Made by a program: the position numbers and the translations under genes. Positions 57,801 through 64,000 of a DNA stretch of 64,000 nt are shown piece after piece. A model generated the notes under the pieces. It ran no database searches. It saw only the letters and a program-made list of their open reading frames with translations, and was not told the origin of the DNA. How positions within the stretch are numbered: position 1 is the stretch's first letter; each line of letters opens with the position of its first letter. The stretch covers positions 434,001 to 498,000 of the forward strand of contig NW_013657661.1 of NCBI RefSeq assembly GCF_000142905.1, written 5' to 3'. The DNA is from Thecamonas trahens ATCC 50062 (Eukaryota > Protista > Apusomonadida).

Positions 57801-59626
57801 ACAATGGATGGCAAGTCGGCGCAGGCTGGCGAGGTCGGGTCATTGGAGTCGTTACGGTTCCGGCTCCTATTCTTGGATCGCAGGCCGCTGAAGGAGTCGG
57901 CCGACGGCAGCTTGTTGAGGTGCTTCTGCACAATGAGCTGGTCTAGCTCGGTCGGGTCGACGCCCGACTCGCGCAGGTGCTGATGTAGGTTCTGCAGCCT
58001 CGCGGTGTCCTTGGCTTTGACGGCCGAGTTGGGCGGCTTTAGCGTCGTCTTGGTCTCGCCGCGCTTGAGTTGGCGGATCTTGGCGTCGGCCTTGCCGGGC
58101 GTCAGGGCGGTAAACGATTTGGCCGACGGCAGCCGCTGCGGCGGGAGCGGCCTGGATGACTGCGCCGGCGAGGCCGGAGGGACCAGGAGCACCGGACCGG
58201 CGGTGCCTGCCACCGAAATCGACGTCGACCGTCTGCGGCGGCGGCGAACCGAGCTGTTTGGCGAGCGGGGCGAGATGCGCGAGCAGGTCTCAGTCCGCGG
58301 CGAACGCGACGAATTGCGTGACGAGCCAGAGCCGCCCGAGACCTCGGGCCGGCGCGGTACCAGGTGGTGGCGCGAGCTGCTGGTTTGGGCCCGGGGCAGC
58401 TTGTCGGACGGGGCCGGAAGCGAGGGGCTCTGTGAGAGTTCGTCAGAGTCCGAGTCTTGGCGATGCGGCCGGATTTGGAGAAGGAGCTGGCGATTGTGCT
58501 CACCCTTGGTAGCCATGGCCGCCACCGAGGCCTCGGTCGGCTGCTGGGCAATCGGGCGCGAGAGCGATGACCGCCGCGCGAGTGCCTTGTCCTCGAGCTT
58601 GATGAGGTCGCGGACAAGGTCCGGCGATGCCACCAGAGAGTCGCGCTTAGTCTGCGGAAGCCGTTGCTTGAGCAGGGTGTCTGCGCGGGCGGCAAGGTTG
58701 TCGGGCGAGCGCGGCGAAGAGTGGCCGTGATGGTGGCGGTGTCGGTGGCGGTGGTGATGGTGCGAGTGCTCCAGCGACGGCACGGCCTCTAGCTGGACCG
58801 ATCCGCGGTGTCCAATGTCGGCACGCGCTGCTTGAGCGAGGAGTGCTGCGGACTGCTCGCGGCTCGGCGACACGGACGCTGTCTGTCGGCGCTGTAGCTT
58901 GCGAGTGTGCAGTGCAGTCGGGGCGCGGCGGATGCGGCGGACAGCTTCGACTACGCCTGCAGTGCCCGAGGCACGCGGCGCGACGAGCGAGAGCTGGGCA
59001 AAGCGTGCCGGTGGCAACGGCTTGCCGCCGCCTTCAGTGGCGTGCAGCGAGCGAAGGGTAGACCCGACAGTAGCTTGCGCGGCGTCGGGGCGTCGGGAGC
59101 AGGTCATGTCCCACGACTCTGACGATCCGACGGGCGAGTGGCTTCTCGAGCCCGAGGATAGCATGGCGCCGCGAGCCGACGCAACCGAGGCATGCGAATG
59201 CGAGATGGCCGACGAGTCGAGTGAGGAGAAGAGCTCGCTGTTATCGCCGTCGCGTTGGACGCGAACAACCAGCGGCTCCGAGTCGGACGAGTCGGCTACA
59301 AACCGCGGACCGGCTGTGGGCAGAGGCGGCAGCGAGGGTGGCGGCGGAGCCGACGACTGTGACGACGATGCCTGGCGACTCCTCCACCGCGACTGACTCA
59401 GCATCGAGTCGTCGGAAGAGGGGGCCTGTTGCGTGTATCCATCACGGGCACAGGAGCGGGAGCGGGATCGGGCACGGGAGCGGGATCGGGCACGGGAGCG
59501 GGAGCGGGCACGGGAGCGGGAGCGAGAGCGAGTTCGCGGCAATGGAGGCTGCGCTCTGTTTGCGCGAATACGCTCGATGGCTTCTCTAGCACCATCTCTG
59601 TCGAGTTCTGCCATGAGCTGGACCAA
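54807..59626 (-). CDS. TPCN: Two-pore channel (2x6TM) with EF-hand linker and long disordered termini
   Basis: AGAYILDAIHGR, S4 MRVSRLLR, pore I LLTTENYPDVM, EF-hand DQDGNGTVDVLEF, WNRFD, S4 RLRSFRSIRMWR, pore II LLTQSNWHDIM. At least 4 frameshifts (about 57071, 56268, 55520, 55056). The true 5' end may lie across the gap. Confidence 0.88.
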
Positions 59627-59795
59627 TGACCGTTGCCGTTGTACTGTGGCTGACGGTGAGTCGGTCCGGCTGCCGTCTGGCTCTGTCGTCCGAGAGAGTT
59701 TGGAGTTGAGTCTGCGGCACAGGGGGGAGGGAAGGGGGGGGGGGGGGGTGGGGGGAGGGGGAGGGGGGGGGAGGGAGGAGAGACGACGACGACGA

Positions 59796-59895
59796 NNNNN
59801 NNNNNNNNNNNNNNNNNNNNNNNNNNNNNNNNNNNNNNNNNNNNNNNNNNNNNNNNNNNNNNNNNNNNNNNNNNNNNNNNNNNNNNNNNNNNNNN
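59796..59895. other. Assembly gap (100 N)
   Basis: Run of N after a G-rich tract. Confidence 0.99.
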
Positions 59896-60345
59896 TCCGC
59901 GTCTCGCACGAGTAAGCAGGAATAGGGATGTATAGAAAAGTGAGACAGTCTTGGCCGCGCGATCATGCGACGGCGCCAGCAGGGCGCCGCCGGGCGAGCT
60001 CTGGTTGCGGCTTCTGCGGGGCGGGCCTTAGCATATTGCATGATTGCGTTTCCGGTGACAATTTGCAGGTCGTCAACACCGGCGTCCGACAGCTGTGGTT
60101 GGTCGGAGGACGGAGGGGAGGGGTGGTTAGGCAAGAGAGTGGGGGAGGACGGCTTGATCAGCTGCCGAGTGCGGAGGGGGGAGTTCCCGGTAGAGGCGGC
60201 ATAAAATTGTGGGTAATACGCATTTTTACAGTTTGCTCACACACGTTGGCCAGCACAGACGTAGTTGGCCAAGGCGGGAAGCAAGATGACAAGAAGCGCA
60301 TAAGGGGGTGTGCTCTCACAAGAGCGAAAACTGCCCACGCAAGAC

Positions 60346-61052
60346 TTAGGCCACGATAGCAAAGAGGGCGGAGACGGCGAGGACGAGGGCGCCCAGGATG
60401 CTGGCGGTCGGGGAGACCGAGGAGGCGGCCGAGGTACCGGCCGGAGCAACGTAGCTAGCATAGCCGTTGCCCTCGACGGTGTCGCCGGTCTTGACCTCAC
60501 CGCAGGTGTCGATAGGGTAGGCGGTCTTGTCGCTGCCGCACTGCCCGCAGTTGGTCCCGGAGCAGCCGGCAACCTCAATGTTCGAGCCGACCTTTGTGAG
60601 GGTGTTCGAGGTACCGCCGACCTGCGGGGCGCACTGGCGGGTCGAAGCCACAATCGAAGTCACGTTGGAGATGTCGCACGAGGGGTCAGTCTCGTCGAAG
60701 ACGCGGAGGATGTAGGGGAAGTTGGAGACGGCAGGCGCGGCAGCCTCGCAGGTGGTCTTGGAGTAAAAGTTGGACTGGCCGATCTTGGCGCAGTCGGACG
60801 CAGTGCAGAACGGGTTCTGGTTGACGGAAACGCCGATCTGGTCGTTGTCGGCACAGGTGCTCGAAGTGTACACCTTGTCCACCTTCCAGTCCTGGGCAGA
60901 CGCGAGCGCAACTAGGGCGGCAAGAACAAACGCAACAGCAAGCCTGTGGCAGACGGCGTCGAGCAGGAAAAAGAGAGTGAGTGGGTGCCGAGTAGCGGAG
61001 CCGGAGGAGAATGCGAGCAAGCTCATAGCGGCCTAGTAGATGCTTACTTCAT
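60346..61052 (-). CDS. Small secreted Cys-rich, probably GPI-anchored surface protein
   Basis: 5-nt first exon (ATGAA) and GTAAGC…CACAG intron 61047-60944 give the signal peptide MKLAVAFVLAALVALASA. About 10 Cys and a hydrophobic C-terminus preceded by small residues (GTSAASS). Confidence 0.8.
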
Positions 61053-61459
61053 GATGGTCACGAGGAAACAGTAGATGTGTACAGAGACCGCGTGTGTTGG
61101 TGGGGCAATAAAGGCGGTCTGTTTTAACGATTCTGACACAATCGCATATGCCACATGTATAACGCGTGAATTTTTTCGCATGTGAGGCGGCTGCGCGTAC
61201 CGGCGGGGGTGACGGACCCCGGGGCTATTGAGAAGAGTATAGGGTGTGGCAAGGAGCTCATAAGGATGGTATGGGGGTGTTAACGACAGCCTGCTGGGGT
61301 GAGGGCTGCAGGATGGCAAGAACGGCGATGTGGAAGGTACAATGGTGGCGGGGAGGGAGGTTGGGTGAGAGTGGACGCCTCATTTTTTTGCACAAGTTGT
61401 ATGAAGCTGCGAGCGGGTTCGGCGGCGACAACGACAAGAGCGGCGAGGCTGACGGCGGG

Positions 61460-64000
61460 CTACGAAGCCATGGACGAGCGGGTCTTGAACGAGCCGTCGA
61501 ACGAGGGACGCCGCTTATTAGGGCGCAGTGAGCGTCGGGAGCGGGCGGATGGGCGGTCACCGATGGTGCGGAGAATCTGAGTGAGGGCCGGCCCATAGGC
61601 CTTGGCGACGTCCGCGGACGAGTTCATGGCGTCGGTAAGAATGGCAACGCCGCCCTGGTCGAGGAGGACAGCGAGGTTGTGCTCGAGGGCCATAGCGTTG
61701 ATGATGGCGCCGACGAGGGCGACAACTGCAGAGTCCGAGCGGCGGTGCCGCCGTGCCAGCTGCAGGAGCAGAACCATGCCGTTGTGGCGGGCGAGGTCGA
61801 GCTGGGCCTGTGGTGAGTCAAAGAGCATGTTTTGACCAGTCGGGCACCAGCGCGGGCGAGCTCGGCCTCAGCCGGTCCGTGCAAAGCGAGGATGGCGAGG
61901 ACGCCGCGGACGCCGCGCCCGGCAACAAGAGCGTCCTTCCACTCTGGGCGGCCAAAGACGAGAGCTTTGAGAAGGGCAAAGCCCTGGACGAGGACATCGA
62001 CAAAGCCGCGGAGGTCATCAAGGACGAGCATGACCTTGTCGAGAAAGTGGGTCTTGTCTGGCGCCCACTCGGAGAGCCTGACGACGCTCTCGAGCAGGTT
62101 TGCCGGCGTGTCGCCGGCGCCAGTGTCGACGAGGACTGGTAGGCCACGGCCGGCTGGCGATCGACCTGCCGACGGCGAGCTGGGCGGCGCTGAGCCTTGG
62201 GTCGGACCTGTGCTGGCACACAGCCGGTTCGCGGTCCGATCCAGTGCCACAAAGGCACGGAGGAAACACATGGCCTCGGTGGCGAGCAGCGCATGGCCCG
62301 ACGCGCTGAGCAAGAGGTCTCGGGAAAGGCGGGCGGCATCGAGCGGCGGCGAGGCGAGCGCCACCAGGTAATCCTGTGAGGCGGCACCGATGTGGCGCAG
62401 AAGGCGCAGAGCCATGACTAGCATGTCAGCGGCGTGGAGATGGCTGCGCGCGAGGGCGACGACCTTGGCAGGGACGTCGAGGGCGACGAGCGAGGTAACG
62501 GCGAGAGGATTGAGGGTGAGGTTGACAAAGAGCGCGAGGCAGGCGGCCAGCAGGTCGGGATGCATGTCGTGCTCGTCCATGACCTGCAGGACGAGCGAGA
62601 TGCCCGAGTGCTCGCGGACAAGAACGCAGGCGAGGTCGGAGACGGTGACATCGACGAGGGCGGTGAGTGTCTTGAGCTGAGCCATGTAGCTCGCGTCCGA
62701 GTTGGCAAGCTGTGCGAGCAGCGGCTGGACCTCGTGGTGCGGCACAACTTCGGCGCGGAGCGCAAGATCGGCCAGCCGCTGCTGCTCGGCGCTGAGCACG
62801 ACAGAGCGGAGGCGGAGCGCAGAGCGGGCGCCGCCGAGCTCGTGCGCGAGCGCCTCGGTCGGCGCGCATGAGAGCTGGGCCACGGCCGATGCCTTGTCGA
62901 CCTCGACCGACTGTAGCGCGTCCCACCATGGGCTCGCCGACTCTTCGTCGAGGGGAAAGCCGAGGATGACCGGCTCGAGCGCCGTGTCAAACTGGAGCAC
63001 GAGCGGCTCAGACCATCCTTGCGCGAGGTAGGCCGACCACGAGGCCGCCAGTTCGTAGTCGACATACGCGTCGTTGGAGTGGACGGTCTCGGACATGACA
63101 TCGGCGACATCGAGCTGGACGTCGGCGAGCGGGACCCAGTACTTGAGGGTGTAGTGCGGGTGAGGCGGGGCGCCCGGAAGTGGCGGCGGCGGCGGGCGGA
63201 GGAGGAGGGCGACGTCGGTGAAGAGCAAGAGCAGGCCCATCCGCAACGGGGCCGAGACGGTAGCAAAGTAAACAGGCGCCTCTGCCACAAAGGCGCGGGT
63301 TGGCGAGGCGAGCAGGTGGTACGGCTGCGGGCCGTCGGGCATGTCGCTCTCCATCAGCTGGGCGTACTCGAACAGCTGAGTCACTCGCTCGAGCTGAGGC
63401 CGCCTGGCGCACAACTCGGTCTCGACTCGCTGGAGAGCGGTCCACGCGCTCTCGAGCGCGGTATAGTCGGGGTGCGACGGGATGGTGCCCTGCAGCAGGT
63501 GTGAGACCTCGCGGAACATCCGCCCGAGATGGACAAGTGGCCGCGAGAAGTAGTAGGCCACAGACTTGATTTCGAGTACATCGGCATCGGGCTGCAGTGC
63601 GGCCTGCGCTGCATCGTATTCGAGCTTGTCGAGGAGGGCCACAAACTTGGGGTTGGCGAGGAGCGAGCCGAGTAGCTGGACTGATGTCGAGTAGTTGGCG
63701 GTAAAGTCGGAGACAAGCTCCGCAAGCAGCGGCACGTCGCTGCTCTCGCCCCGCCCCACAAATGCACCCAGCGCGGTTCCGATCCGCGACGAGGCATCCC
63801 ACGACTTGAGCGCCGATGCGAGCGCGCTCTGTAGCGCACCCGCCCGTGCCTCAATCTCAGCCAGGGCTCGCGGGAAAACGGTGTCGAGCTCCGATTGCGA
63901 GAGCGCAAACGGAACGTCGAGCCCGGGAGCGGAAGCCTTGCTCTTGAGGACCGAGGACGAGCGAGAGAGCCGCCCGCTCGAGCCGACGGAAGAGCCGTCG
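61460..64000 (-). CDS. DH-PH (RhoGEF-like) protein with C-terminal ARM-like repeats; 5' end outside the window
   Basis: YYFSRPLVHLGR…LLQGTIPSHPDYTALESA (DH C-terminus), RAFVAE…LLLFTDVALL (PH), then helical repeats. Frameshift at 61830-61833. Confidence 0.72.

Noticed and set aside
1178-64000. Frameshifted genes as pseudogenes or programmed frameshifts
   Set aside because: Catalytic motifs are intact, there are no other signs of decay, and the sites share no slippery heptamer or stop context. Homopolymer error is the simpler explanation.

Overview
Gene-dense, GC-rich, intron-poor eukaryotic nuclear DNA from a draft assembly with two N gaps. Composition and gene style suggest a protist such as the apusomonad Thecamonas (inference, not provable from the sequence). 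About 25 protein-coding genes, mostly alternating in strand: NSUN2, VPS18, ANKRD13, a large Cys-rich multi-pass membrane protein, a CCCH protein, a ~2,600-aa ankyrin/coiled-coil/ankyrin protein, YME1, Pol eta, GNL1, TSR2, an MPPED-type phosphoesterase, a triple-PAS Ser/Thr kinase, GPATCH1, a PSI-domain receptor, an RlaP-like nucleotidyltransferase, a SMAP protein, TTC39, REV1, mitochondrial uS17, a two-pore channel, a GPI-anchored protein and a DH-PH-ARM protein. At least 14 frameshifts are each repaired by adding one base to a short homopolymer, which most likely reflects sequencing error, so the ORF track splits many genes. I found no rRNA, tRNA, CRISPR array or recognisable mobile element. 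The best candidate for a new system is the kinase at 35577-38099. Two of its PAS domains keep the FixL heme-ligand His and distal Arg at exact spacing, and a Cys-Pro heme motif lies upstream, suggesting an O2/heme-sensing AMPK-like kinase.
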